Of a DNA stretch of 64,000 bases, positions 27,900 to 36,525 are shown piece after piece (positions within the stretch are counted from its first letter, which is position 1; each line of letters opens with the position of its first letter). The notes beneath the pieces are model-generated. The model searched no databases, was not told the DNA's origin, and worked only from the letters and a program-made list of their open reading frames with translations. The translations under genes and the position numbers were made by a program. The stretch covers positions 32,001 through 96,000 of the forward strand of contig JALUTT010000059.1 of assembly GCA_027021705.1 (NCBI GenBank). The letters run 5' to 3'. This DNA comes from Anaerolineae bacterium. GTDB lineage: Bacteria > Chloroflexota > Anaerolineae > S140-20.

Positions 27900-28010
27900 G
27901 TTCAGCCTACCCTCCCGCAGGTCACCGGTCGAGGGCGCTTTCAGCCCCGATGGGCTATTGGAAGCACGGTTTTGCGTCGGAAACGTGCCTAACCTGCGGG
28001 AGGGTGAACA
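27900..28010 (+). mobile_element. MITE-like family A, copy 3
   Basis: GTTCAGCC...GGTGAACA with a perfect 8-bp direct repeat CTATCGGA (27892-27899, 28011-28018). Confidence 0.9.
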
Positions 28011-28033
28011 CTATCGGAAAAGGAGGGGGAACG

Positions 28034-29209
28034 ATGGCTCAGACCTTTGACGCGGTGGTCATCGGCGCGGGCATTATGGGGTGCAGCACCGCCTTCCAAC
28101 TGGCCCGGCGCGGGCTGAAGGTAGCCCTGCTGGAAAAGGAGGCCATTGGCGCGGGCTCAACGGGCCGGTCCTCGGCCATCATCCGTCAGCACTACTCCAA
28201 CGAACTGACCGCCCGGATGGCCCTCTACAGCCTGCGGGTCTTCCAGAACTTCGACGAGGCGGTGGGGGGTGAGTGCGGCTTCACCCGGACGGGCTTCGTC
28301 GTCCTCGTCGCGGCCGAGGACCGGGAAGGGCTGGAGGCCAACGTGGCCCTGCAACGGCGGGTGGGCATTCAGACGGAGATCATCCCGCCGGAGGCGCTGC
28401 ACGAACTGATGCCGGGGCTGGAGACGGCGGACCTGGTGGCCGCGGCCTACGAGCCGGAGAGCGGTTACGCCGACCCCCACCTGACGGTGAACGCCTACGC
28501 CAGCGCTGCCCGCCGGCACGGAGCCCAACTCTTCCTGGATAGCGAGGTGGTCGGGGTGCGCTTCGCCGGGGATCGGGTGGTCGGCGTGGACACCCCCCGG
28601 GGGGCCTTCGACGCCCCCATCGTCATCAACTGCGCGGGGCCGTGGGGGGCACGGGTGGCCCGGATGGTCGGGGTGGAGGTGCCCATCAACCCCTGCCGCG
28701 TGCAGGTGGCCTTCTTCCGGCGTCCGGCCGGCTACGAGGCCCCCCATCCCGTCGTCGCCGACTTCATCTACGCCACCTACTTCCGCCCCGAGACGGGGGC
28801 GCTGACGCTGGTGGGGCTGATTGACCCCTCGGAGGCCGACAACGTCGTGGACCCCGACGGCTACAAGGAGTGGGTGGATGACGAGTTCGTGCTGACCATC
28901 GGCGAGCAGTTGGTGCGCCGCTACCCGATTATGGAGCAAAGCGAGAGCCGGGGCGGCTACGCGGCCCTCTACGCCATCACCCCCGACTGGCACCCGTTGG
29001 TGGACGAATTGATTGAGGGAAGCGGCTTCTACATCTGCGCCGGCTTCAGTGGCCACGGCTTCAAGCTTGGCCCGGCGGTGGGCGTGATGGTGGCCGATAT
29101 GGTCACCGGCGCGTCGGACCCCACCTTCGACCCCCATCTCTTCCGCCTCCGCCGCTACGCCGAAAACGAGCCGGTGCGCGGCCAGTACGAGTATAGCATC
29201 GCCGGGTAG
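28034..29209 (+). CDS. FAD-dependent oxidoreductase (DAO/sarcosine oxidase beta-like)
   Basis: VIGAGIMG, GSTGRSSA, TPDWHP, GFSGHGFKLGP; ATG 28034 follows AGGAGG. Confidence 0.92.
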   Translation: MAQTFDAVVIGAGIMGCSTAFQLARRGLKVALLEKEAIGAGSTGRSSAIIRQHYSNELTARMALYSLRVFQNFDEAVGGECGFTRTGFVVLVAAEDREGLEANVALQRRVGIQTEIIPPEALHELMPGLETADLVAAAYEPESGYADPHLTVNAYASAARRHGAQLFLDSEVVGVRFAGDRVVGVDTPRGAFDAPIVINCAGPWGARVARMVGVEVPINPCRVQVAFFRRPAGYEAPHPVVADFIYATYFRPETGALTLVGLIDPSEADNVVDPDGYKEWVDDEFVLTIGEQLVRRYPIMEQSESRGGYAALYAITPDWHPLVDELIEGSGFYICAGFSGHGFKLGPAVGVMVADMVTGASDPTFDPHLFRLRRYAENEPVRGQYEYSIAG

Positions 29210-29240
29210 TTCCCCGGCGCCGACGCTCAGGCCGGTGCCT

Positions 29241-29279
29241 GCCCAGCACCGCCGTAAACCGGCGGTGCTGGGCTTTTCT
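29241..29279 (+). terminator. Intrinsic terminator
   Basis: 14-bp stem GCCCAGCACCGCCG/CGGCGGTGCTGGGC followed by TTTTCT. Confidence 0.8.
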
Positions 29280-29292
29280 CTCCTTTGCCCCT

Positions 29293-29315
29293 GCTCCCAC
29301 GCTCTGCGTGGGAGC
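29293..29315. repeat. REP-like palindrome
   Basis: GCTCCCACGC-TCT-GCGTGGGAGC. Confidence 0.55.
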
Positions 29316-29449
29316 CCTTTCGTCCGGGGCTGCTTTCGCCTGACTACGGAATCTCGACAAGTTTCGAGAATTGTGGTAAGCTCTCGATACGGTCGAGCGA
29401 CTTCCCGTGGTGGATGAACGGGAAGGGGAGATTGGAAAGAGAGGATGCT

Positions 29450-30853
29450 ATGCTCAACGGACGATGGGTGGGAAGAACCTTGTTGGTCCTCGGTGTGCTG
29501 CTCCTGGCAGCCTGCGGCGGAAAGTCATCGCCGGGCCTGATTCTGTACCAGCCGGCGGACGAGGCCGGACAGCCGGCCCTGGAGTTGGTCGTGGTTAACG
29601 TGAACGGCGATGAGCAGCGTCGGATCCCCTTATCCGGCCCGTTGCGCATGAAGGGGGTGGCCACGCAAACCAGTTACCGGGCTCTGTTCTTCACCGAGGA
29701 TGGCGCGGTCTATCTGGTGGACGCGCGGGATGGCACGGCCCAGAAACTGGACCTGTTGCCCCAGGACGGCCGCCAGTTATATCCTAACCATCTCGGCTTT
29801 AGTTGGGCCCACGGCAAGCGATGGACGGTGCTGGGCGATGTTCGGGGCAACCTGGCATATCTTACCGATCTGAAAACTGGGCAGGTCACGGATCTGGTAT
29901 ACGACCGCCTCGTTTTCTTTGGCCGCTTCTCCCCCGATGACGCTTATCTGGCCCTGGCCGGCGACAAAGGGTTCTGGCTGGTCCCTACCTCGTCTCCTGA
30001 GGATGCCCGAAGGTTGGATGCATGGAACGTCAGATTTTCCAACGATGGTCGTCAAATCGTCTACATTGAGATCGATCGAGAGGTAGGAGAACACCGAATT
30101 GTGGTGGAAGCGGTGGATGGCTCCGAATCGGAGGTCGTCTTCACTGCCGACTCGCCTCTCCTCGATGTGGCCTTTGGCCCGCGCGACAACCAACTCTTCG
30201 TCCGGGGTGAGGATGCGCTCTTTCTCCTGAACACTGACGACGGGACCAGCGAGGAACTGCTTCCCTATGACCCTCCGGCGCAGCTCCAGTTTTCGTCCGA
30301 TGGCACGAAGCTGGTTTTTGGCTACAAGCGTGAGGAAACGATGGTCTGGTACTGGATAGACCTGACCGAGGGCACGGTGAAACCGTTGGACAACCTGCCA
30401 CCCGACTATCCCATTCCCTGTCAAAACGCCCCAACCCGCCAGATGCTGTTTGCAGAACAGGCGTTAGAGGTCGAAGAGCGCCACTACACCCTCCTGAATC
30501 TGGAGAGCGGCGAGGCGAAGGACATGGCGCTCTCCGGCAAGGAGGCTGGGATGCCGTTTGTCCTGGAGTGTTCTGGGGATGGTCGTTTTGGGCTCGTCCT
30601 CAGCCTGTTTCAGGGGGCAGGGCAGCAGCAGCGTCAGCTCTGGCTCCTGGACGTGGGGAAGGGCCAGGCCCGGCTGCTGGCCCAGGCGGATGAGGTTCGT
30701 GGGGCGCTGTCCCCCGACGGTCAATGGGTTGCCGTCAACACGATCAAGCAAGAGGGAGAGACAGCGGAACCCACCCTGACGCTCGTGAGGACGGAAGGTG
30801 AGGAGACCCGCCCCCTGGGCGCAGGGTATTTGCATGCCTGGGTACGTCCTTGA
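29450..30853 (+). CDS. Lipoprotein with a TolB/PD40-like beta-propeller
   Basis: Lipobox LAAC; repeats FSPDD, FSNDG, FSSDG and LSPDG; visibly more A/T-rich than its neighbours. Confidence 0.8.
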   Translation: MLNGRWVGRTLLVLGVLLLAACGGKSSPGLILYQPADEAGQPALELVVVNVNGDEQRRIPLSGPLRMKGVATQTSYRALFFTEDGAVYLVDARDGTAQKLDLLPQDGRQLYPNHLGFSWAHGKRWTVLGDVRGNLAYLTDLKTGQVTDLVYDRLVFFGRFSPDDAYLALAGDKGFWLVPTSSPEDARRLDAWNVRFSNDGRQIVYIEIDREVGEHRIVVEAVDGSESEVVFTADSPLLDVAFGPRDNQLFVRGEDALFLLNTDDGTSEELLPYDPPAQLQFSSDGTKLVFGYKREETMVWYWIDLTEGTVKPLDNLPPDYPIPCQNAPTRQMLFAEQALEVEERHYTLLNLESGEAKDMALSGKEAGMPFVLECSGDGRFGLVLSLFQGAGQQQRQLWLLDVGKGQARLLAQADEVRGALSPDGQWVAVNTIKQEGETAEPTLTLVRTEGEETRPLGAGYLHAWVRP

Positions 30854-30981
30854 GCCTTGGGCAGGGTGGGTACGACCGTTTCCAACACCCCCCTGGAAAG
30901 CCCGGACCTCGTGCTGGACACCGGCTTCCTGCTGGACGAGGTCAAGGTGCTGACCGTCTCCGAGAACGGCGACGTTTCCCC

Positions 30982-31128
30982 GGTGATTACCCTTGGAGAT
31001 GGGGAGACGAGCCGTCCACGAATGGGGCACGAATACACGAATTAAGGACCGCCTCATTCGTGCATTTGTGAGAAATTCGTGGATGGCCTGCTACGGATCA
31101 CTCTCTCGCTCACTTGTGGGTAATCACC
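30982..31128. mobile_element. 147-bp MITE-like element (family C)
   Basis: TIR GGTGATTACCC/GGGTAATCACC; direct repeat GCGACGTTTCCCC at 30969-30981 and 31129-31141; internal CACGAAT/ATTCGTG hairpin. Confidence 0.85.
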
Positions 31129-31142
31129 GCGACGTTTCCCCC

Positions 31143-31193
31143 TTGACACCCTTCTTCCTTTGTGCTATACTGATAACTGACCGACCGGTCAGT
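31143..31193 (+). promoter_or_regulatory. sigma70 promoter with a palindromic operator upstream of TetR
   Basis: TTGACA-17-TATACT; ACTGACCG-AC-CGGTCAGT at 31176-31193. Confidence 0.85.
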
Positions 31194-31212
31194 CAATTAT
31201 CAGGAGCCCCCT

Positions 31213-31815
31213 ATGAGCCCTCGTCCCGACGTCAGCGAGCAGCGCAAGGACCAGATCCTCGACGCCGCCATCAACGTCTTCGCCCGGCTGGGCTTCCACA
31301 AAGCCCGGATGGACGACATCGCCCAGGAGGCCGGCCTGAGCAAAGGGGCCCTCTACTGGTACTACAAGGGGAAGGACGCCATCATCGCCGCCCTCCTGGA
31401 CCGCATCTTCGCCTGGGAGATGAAGGACCTGGAGGCCGTCCGCACCGCCGAAGGGCCGGTCGGCGACCGGCTGCTGGACCTGACCCGCCGGATGGCGGCC
31501 TATATGTGGCGCCTCTCCCTCCTCCTGCCCATCGCCTTCGAGTTCTACGCCGTCGCTGCCCGACAGGAGTCCGTGCGCCGTGCCCTGCAGCGCTACTTCC
31601 AGACCTACCGGGAGGCGATGGCCGACCTCATCCGGCAGGGCGTAGAGCGAGGGGAGTTCCACCCTGTGGATGCGGAGGAGGTCGCCATCACCTTCATCGG
31701 GCTCTTTGAAGGGCTCTTTCTCCTGTGGGCCGTGGACCCCCAGGCGGTGGACCTCCCCCAGGTCGGAGAGGTGGCCGTCCGCCTGTTGCTGGACGGTCTG
31801 AGAGCCAAGGAGTGA
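31213..31815 (+). CDS. TetR/AcrR-family regulator
   Basis: ILDAAINVFARLGFHKARMDDIAQEAGLSKGALYWYY HTH. Confidence 0.95.
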   Translation: MSPRPDVSEQRKDQILDAAINVFARLGFHKARMDDIAQEAGLSKGALYWYYKGKDAIIAALLDRIFAWEMKDLEAVRTAEGPVGDRLLDLTRRMAAYMWRLSLLLPIAFEFYAVAARQESVRRALQRYFQTYREAMADLIRQGVERGEFHPVDAEEVAITFIGLFEGLFLLWAVDPQAVDLPQVGEVAVRLLLDGLRAKE

Positions 31816-31818
31816 GCG

Positions 31819-33450
31819 ATGGCCACCGTCTTTATGAAGTGGTTGGAGACCAGCCCCCGCGACTACGACCGGGGCATCCGGCTTCTCACCCTGGGCCGGC
31901 TCCAGACCCTCCAGGAGGAGATCGCTCGCCGGTACGTGGGCGAGGGCACCCGGGTGCTGGAGGTCGGCTGCGGCACGGGCACGCTGGCCACCTTGATGGC
32001 CGCCCGGGGCGCACGGGTCACCGCCATTGACGTCTCCCCGGCGATGCTGGCCGAGGCCCGCAAGAAGGTCGAGGCCCAGGGGCTGGAGGGGCGGGTGACG
32101 CTGCTGCCCCTGGAGGCGGCGCTGATCGGTGAGCGCTTCCCGCCCGCCAGCTTCGACCGGATCGTCTCCACCCTCGTCTTCAGCGAGCTGCCCCCCGACG
32201 AGCAGCGCTACGTCCTGGAGGCCTGCGCCCGGCTGCTGGCCCCCGGCGGTCGCCTGCTCATCGCCGACGAGGTGGTGCCCACCTCCCGGCTCGCCCGCCT
32301 GCTCTACGTCCTCGTCCGGCTCCCGCTGATGCTGCTGACCTGGCTGCTCACCCGCACCACCACCCACGCCCTGCGCGATTTCGAGGCCCTGCTGACCCAG
32401 ACCGGCTTCCGCGTCCGCCACCGTCTCGCCTACCTGGGCGGCAGCCTGGTCCTGTACGAGGCCGTCCCCGTCGCCGAAGCGGAGGAGGTGGAGGAGGCCG
32501 AGTTGCCCCCCGGCGTCGTCGGGCGTCTGCGCCACCGGACGACCCTGCGCACCCGGCTCCTGGACCTGTGGGCCCTCTTCTTCCGCATCGTCCCGCCCTA
32601 CCCCAAGGTCCGCCCCGGCCTCTACGCCGTCGGCAACCCCGGCCCCGAGGCCCCCGTCCTGGTGACCGGCAACTTCGACCTGACGGTGCGCCGGCTGGTG
32701 CGGGCCCTGGACGGTCGCCTCGACGCCTGGGTGCTGGTGGCCGACTCGGCCGGCATCAACGTCTGGTGCGCGGCCGGCGGGGGCTTCTTCACCGCCGAGA
32801 AGGTGATCGCCGCCGTGAAGACCTCCCGCCTGGGCGAGATCGTCCGCCACCGCGCCCTCATCCTGCCCCAGCTCTGCGCCAACGGTGTGGACGGCTGGAA
32901 GATACGCCGGGAGACGGGCTGGGGGGTCCACTGGGGGCCGGTGCGGGCGACCGACATCCCCGCCTACCTGGCCGCCGGCCGCAAGAAGGACGACGCGATG
33001 CGCCTGGTCCGCTTTCCCCTCAAGGACCGGCTGGAGATGGTGACCGTCACGCTGGGCTTCTACGGCCTGCTCCTCCTGCTGCCCATCTTCCTCTTCTGGC
33101 GGCACCTCTTCGGCCCGGTGGCCCTCAGCCTGATCGGCCTCTCCTACTTCTACGCCGTCGTCCATCCCTGGCTGCCGGGGTGGGATGGCCTGGCCAAGAG
33201 CGTGCCCCTGGCCGCCATCGCCCTGGCCGGGATGCTGGTTTACACCCTCCTCTGGGACCCGGTCCCGCCGTCCCACCTCTTCAACCGAGTGCTGGGGATG
33301 ATCGCCCTCTCCGTCTTCACCGGCGCGGAGCTGCAGGGGATGTCTCCGCTGATGCGGGGGGAGCAGGCCAACTGGGGCTGGGAGGCGGCCATCGGTGCGG
33401 TCCTGGCGCTGGCCTGGTGGCTGGTGCCTCTGGCCATGGGCTGGAGGTGA
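31819..33450 (+). CDS. Fusion: class I SAM methyltransferase + HgcA/CdhD-like corrinoid-binding domain + ~5 TM helices
   Basis: VLEVGCGTG; PGLYAVGNP..PVLVTGNF, GINVWCAAGG, LILPQL, WGPVRA; hydrophobic C-terminus. Confidence 0.9.
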   Translation: MATVFMKWLETSPRDYDRGIRLLTLGRLQTLQEEIARRYVGEGTRVLEVGCGTGTLATLMAARGARVTAIDVSPAMLAEARKKVEAQGLEGRVTLLPLEAALIGERFPPASFDRIVSTLVFSELPPDEQRYVLEACARLLAPGGRLLIADEVVPTSRLARLLYVLVRLPLMLLTWLLTRTTTHALRDFEALLTQTGFRVRHRLAYLGGSLVLYEAVPVAEAEEVEEAELPPGVVGRLRHRTTLRTRLLDLWALFFRIVPPYPKVRPGLYAVGNPGPEAPVLVTGNFDLTVRRLVRALDGRLDAWVLVADSAGINVWCAAGGGFFTAEKVIAAVKTSRLGEIVRHRALILPQLCANGVDGWKIRRETGWGVHWGPVRATDIPAYLAAGRKKDDAMRLVRFPLKDRLEMVTVTLGFYGLLLLLPIFLFWRHLFGPVALSLIGLSYFYAVVHPWLPGWDGLAKSVPLAAIALAGMLVYTLLWDPVPPSHLFNRVLGMIALSVFTGAELQGMSPLMRGEQANWGWEAAIGAVLALAWWLVPLAMGWR

Positions 33451-33454
33451 GGCG

Positions 33455-33727
33455 ATGTCAGAAGCGATGTCGGAGGAACGGACTTTCTGGTCGGCGCTGG
33501 CCGAACACTGGCGGATCGCCCGCACGCTGCGCAGCCTCACCATCCACTTCTACCCGGAGCGGTGCAAGGGCGTTTGGGAGTGCTACGAGGTCTGTCCGGT
33601 GGGCTGCTGGACCCCCGACTACGAGCGGCGGGTGGTCCGCTTCCACGACCCGGAGCGCTGCATCGCCTGCGGGGCCTGTGTGCTCCAGTGTCCCGAAGCC
33701 GCGATCGAGCTGAAGCCGGGAGGGTGA
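33455..33727 (+). CDS. Dicluster-type ferredoxin in the HgcB-like position
   Basis: CKGVWECYEVCP and CIACGACVLQCP; ATG 33455 follows GGAGGTGA. Confidence 0.9.
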   Translation: MSEAMSEERTFWSALAEHWRIARTLRSLTIHFYPERCKGVWECYEVCPVGCWTPDYERRVVRFHDPERCIACGACVLQCPEAAIELKPGG

Positions 33728-33757
33728 AGCCGGCTCTGGCGAGAAGGGAGGTACCCC

Positions 33758-34030
33758 ATGGTCTGGATCGTGCTCTTCCTCGTCTGGATCGTCGGGGGTG
33801 CGCTCATCGGCTGGGGCGTGCCCAAGCTCTTCAAGAGCGAGCCCCCCTATGGATTGGCGGTGGACCTGCTGGCCAGCATCCTCGCCACCGTCCTCCTGGG
33901 TGTGGCGGAGTGGGCGTGGATTCTGCCGGCCCTGGGCTTCACCGGTCCGTTGAAGCTGGGCACGGCTCTCGCAGATCCCTTGGGCCTCTCCCTCATCATC
34001 CTCTGGCTCCTGCGTCGGGCCAAGGGGTAG
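33758..34030 (+). CDS. Small 3-TM membrane protein
   Basis: 90 aa; three hydrophobic segments; GGAGG RBS. Confidence 0.8.
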   Translation: MVWIVLFLVWIVGGALIGWGVPKLFKSEPPYGLAVDLLASILATVLLGVAEWAWILPALGFTGPLKLGTALADPLGLSLIILWLLRRAKG

Positions 34031-34039
34031 AGGGGGGCG

Positions 34040-35179
34040 ATGAACCTGCGGCGGACCTTGGCGGTGATGCGCAAGGAGAGCTGGCACGTCCTGCGGGACC
34101 GGACCGCCTTCTCTCTGACGTTGCTCTCGCCCGCCTTCCTGCTGGTGGCCCTGGCCTATACCCTCTCCATTCAGGTGCGGGAGGTGGCCGTGGCCGTGCT
34201 GGACGGGGATCGGACCCTCCTCTCCCGCCAATACGTCCAAGGGCTGGGGGCCAGCGGCGACGTGGTGGTGCGCTATCGGGCGGACGATTACGTCCAGGTC
34301 AAGCGCTGGCTGCTGCACGGCCAGGCCAAGGCGGCGGTGATCATCCCGGCCGGCTTCGAGGCGGACCTGCGGGCCGGACGCCAACCCGCCCTCCAGGTGC
34401 TGGTCGAGGGCACCGATCCCAACGCGGCCAACGTGGCCTTGGCCCACATCAGCGGCTACAGTCAACGCTTCATCGCCCGCCTGGCTGCCCGGACGCTGGC
34501 ACGGGCCGGCCTGCCGGCTCACCAGAGCGGCCTGCTGCCTGTGGAACTGCGCCTCCGCGTCTGGTACAACCCGACCCTGAAGCTGCTCTTCGGCCTCCTG
34601 CCGGCCTTCATCGCCGTCGTCCTGGGGATGCCGGCCGTCGCCGCCACCACTGCCCTGGTGCGGGAGAAGGAACAGGGCACCTTTGAGCAACTCGTCGCCT
34701 CCCCCATCGGCCGCGCCGAACTGATCGTCGGCAAGCTGGTCCCCTACATCGTCAGCGGGATGCTCAGCACCTTGCTCTGTACCGCCGTAGCCGTCTTCTG
34801 GTTCGGCGCCCCCTTCCGGGGGAGCTTGGGCCTCTACCTGCTCCTCTCGGCCGACTTCTTCTTGGCGACGATGGCCATCGCCCTCATCATCTCGGCCCTT
34901 ACCGGCACCCAGCAGGCCGCCCAGATCGGCGCCGTGATGATCTTCTTCTTCCCCGGTCTCTTCCTCTCCGGCATCTTCTACCCCATCTTCAGCATGGAGC
35001 CGATGATGAAGATGGAAGCCCTCATGGTGCCGACGACCCACTATGTCTTCATCGGCCGGGGCATCTTCCTGAAGGGGCAGGGGATGGCGCTGCTCTGGCC
35101 CTACGCGCTGGCCTTGCTGGTGATGGGATTCCTCTTTCTGAGCATGGCCGTCCTGCTCTTCCGCAAGCGGTTGGGGTAA
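34040..35179 (+). CDS. ABC-2 exporter permease (YbhS-like)
   Basis: RKESWHVLRD, WYNP, REKEQGTFEQL, SGIFYPI. Confidence 0.92.
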   Translation: MNLRRTLAVMRKESWHVLRDRTAFSLTLLSPAFLLVALAYTLSIQVREVAVAVLDGDRTLLSRQYVQGLGASGDVVVRYRADDYVQVKRWLLHGQAKAAVIIPAGFEADLRAGRQPALQVLVEGTDPNAANVALAHISGYSQRFIARLAARTLARAGLPAHQSGLLPVELRLRVWYNPTLKLLFGLLPAFIAVVLGMPAVAATTALVREKEQGTFEQLVASPIGRAELIVGKLVPYIVSGMLSTLLCTAVAVFWFGAPFRGSLGLYLLLSADFFLATMAIALIISALTGTQQAAQIGAVMIFFFPGLFLSGIFYPIFSMEPMMKMEALMVPTTHYVFIGRGIFLKGQGMALLWPYALALLVMGFLFLSMAVLLFRKRLG

Positions 35180-35181
35180 CG

Positions 35182-36318
35182 ATGGGCTACCGCGTCTGGA
35201 ACCTCATCGTCAAGGAGTTGATCCAGCTCTGGCGGGACCGCCTCCTCGTCCTCTTCATCACGCTGGGGCCGGTGATGGAGTTGGTCCTGGTCGCCTGGGC
35301 GACCTCGGGTGAGATCGAGAGGATTCCCACGGCCATCGTGGACCTGGACCGCTCGCCGGCCAGCCGGTCGTTGGTCCAGGCCCTGGACAACAGCCGGACC
35401 TTCGACCCCCGCTTTTACCCCGACGACGTGGAGGCGGCCCAGGACCTGGTGGAGCGGGGGAGGACGCCGGTCGCCGTCCTCATCCCGCCCGACTTCCAGG
35501 AGCGGCTGGATGACCCGGTGCGTGGCCCGGCCTATGTCCAGGTCATCCTGGACGGCGCGGAGGCGAGCGTGGCCCAGACCGCCCTCCTGAGCGCCGAAGG
35601 GGTGGTGGGGAGTTACGCCCAGACGCGGATGGAGACCCGGCGGGGCCAGGTCGCGGCCCTCTCGGTCCCGCTGCCGGCGCTGGAGCTGCGGGTGCGGACC
35701 TGGTTCAACGAGGCGCTGAAGCTCTCCTACTACGAGGTGCCCTCGGAACTGGGCTTTATGCTCATCGGTGTGGCCCTGATGATCTCCTCGCTGGGCATCG
35801 CCCGCGAGCGGGAGCTGGGGACGCTGGAGCAGCTCCTGGTGACGCCGATGCGGGGGATCGAGCTGGTGATCGGCAAGGCGGTGCCGGCCATCGTCCTGGC
35901 CTACGTGGACTTCCTCCTGATGCTGGGCTTGGTGCTCTACCTCTTCCACATCCCGATGCGGGGTTCCTTTGCCTTGCTGCTGACCATCGCTCTCTTCTAC
36001 CTCCTCGTCGAGATCGGGTGGGGGCTGATGATCTCGGCCATCTCCCGCACCCAGTGGCAGGCGTTGCTTCTCGTCTTCTCCCTGATGATGGGGGAGATGA
36101 TCTTCTCCGGCTACGCCTCGCCGGTGGAGAACATGCCTTGGCTGCTGCGCAACGCGGCCAACCTGGTGCCCATCAAGCACTGGCTCATCATCCTGCGCAG
36201 CATCCTGCTCAAGGGAGCGGGCGTGGAGGTCTTCTGGCGGGAACTGCTGGCCCTGGCCGGGCTGGGGGTGGTGATCAACCTGTTGACCCTCACCGTCCTG
36301 CGCCGACGGCTGGAGTAA
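35182..36318 (+). CDS. ABC-2 exporter permease (YbhR-like)
   Basis: KELIQLWRD, RERELGTLEQLLVTP, PVENMP. Confidence 0.92.
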   Translation: MGYRVWNLIVKELIQLWRDRLLVLFITLGPVMELVLVAWATSGEIERIPTAIVDLDRSPASRSLVQALDNSRTFDPRFYPDDVEAAQDLVERGRTPVAVLIPPDFQERLDDPVRGPAYVQVILDGAEASVAQTALLSAEGVVGSYAQTRMETRRGQVAALSVPLPALELRVRTWFNEALKLSYYEVPSELGFMLIGVALMISSLGIARERELGTLEQLLVTPMRGIELVIGKAVPAIVLAYVDFLLMLGLVLYLFHIPMRGSFALLLTIALFYLLVEIGWGLMISAISRTQWQALLLVFSLMMGEMIFSGYASPVENMPWLLRNAANLVPIKHWLIILRSILLKGAGVEVFWRELLALAGLGVVINLLTLTVLRRRLE

Positions 36319-36397
36319 AGGGGAAGGGAGGCAACGAGGTGCTGAGGGGTGAGGTGCTGGGGGATGAGGCAACGAGGGACGGGGGGCAAGGGGCAAG

Positions 36398-36511
36398 GAC
36401 CACCCGACCACCTGACCAAGTGACCAAGTGACCATTCGACCACTCGACCACCCGACCAAGTGACCAGGCGACCAAAGACCGAGGACTGAGGACCAAGGAC
36501 TGAGGACTAAG
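36398..36511 (+). repeat. Compound short tandem array: 9 x GACCANNN, then 6 x GACYRAR
   Basis: Units read directly: 8-mers at 36398-36469 and 7-mers at 36470-36511. Confidence 0.9.
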
Positions 36512-36525
36512 TGAGGAGGGAACTT

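Noticed and set aside
27788..28033. N-terminal extension of the oxidoreductase and other ORFs sharing KHGFASETxLT(C/Y)GRV (e.g. 4793-6196, 42589-42855, 47310-47636)
   Set aside because: These are translations of the family A repeat, not conserved proteins
29450..30853. Lower-GC lipoprotein as an integron cassette
   Set aside because: No attC-like site or integron integrase recognised; the flanking hairpins are a terminator and REP/MITE elements
31189..33543. Long antisense or alternate-frame ORFs (also 2277-4070, 6657-8831, 35101-36981, 55854-58502)
   Set aside because: Shadow ORFs expected from high-GC codon bias opposite well-supported genes; no motifs
31819..33727. Calling these genes hgcA and hgcB (mercury methylation)
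   Set aside because: The cap helix ends AAGG rather than AAGK, there is an extra MTase domain, and the ferredoxin lacks one cluster Cys and the Cys tail; treated as paralogues
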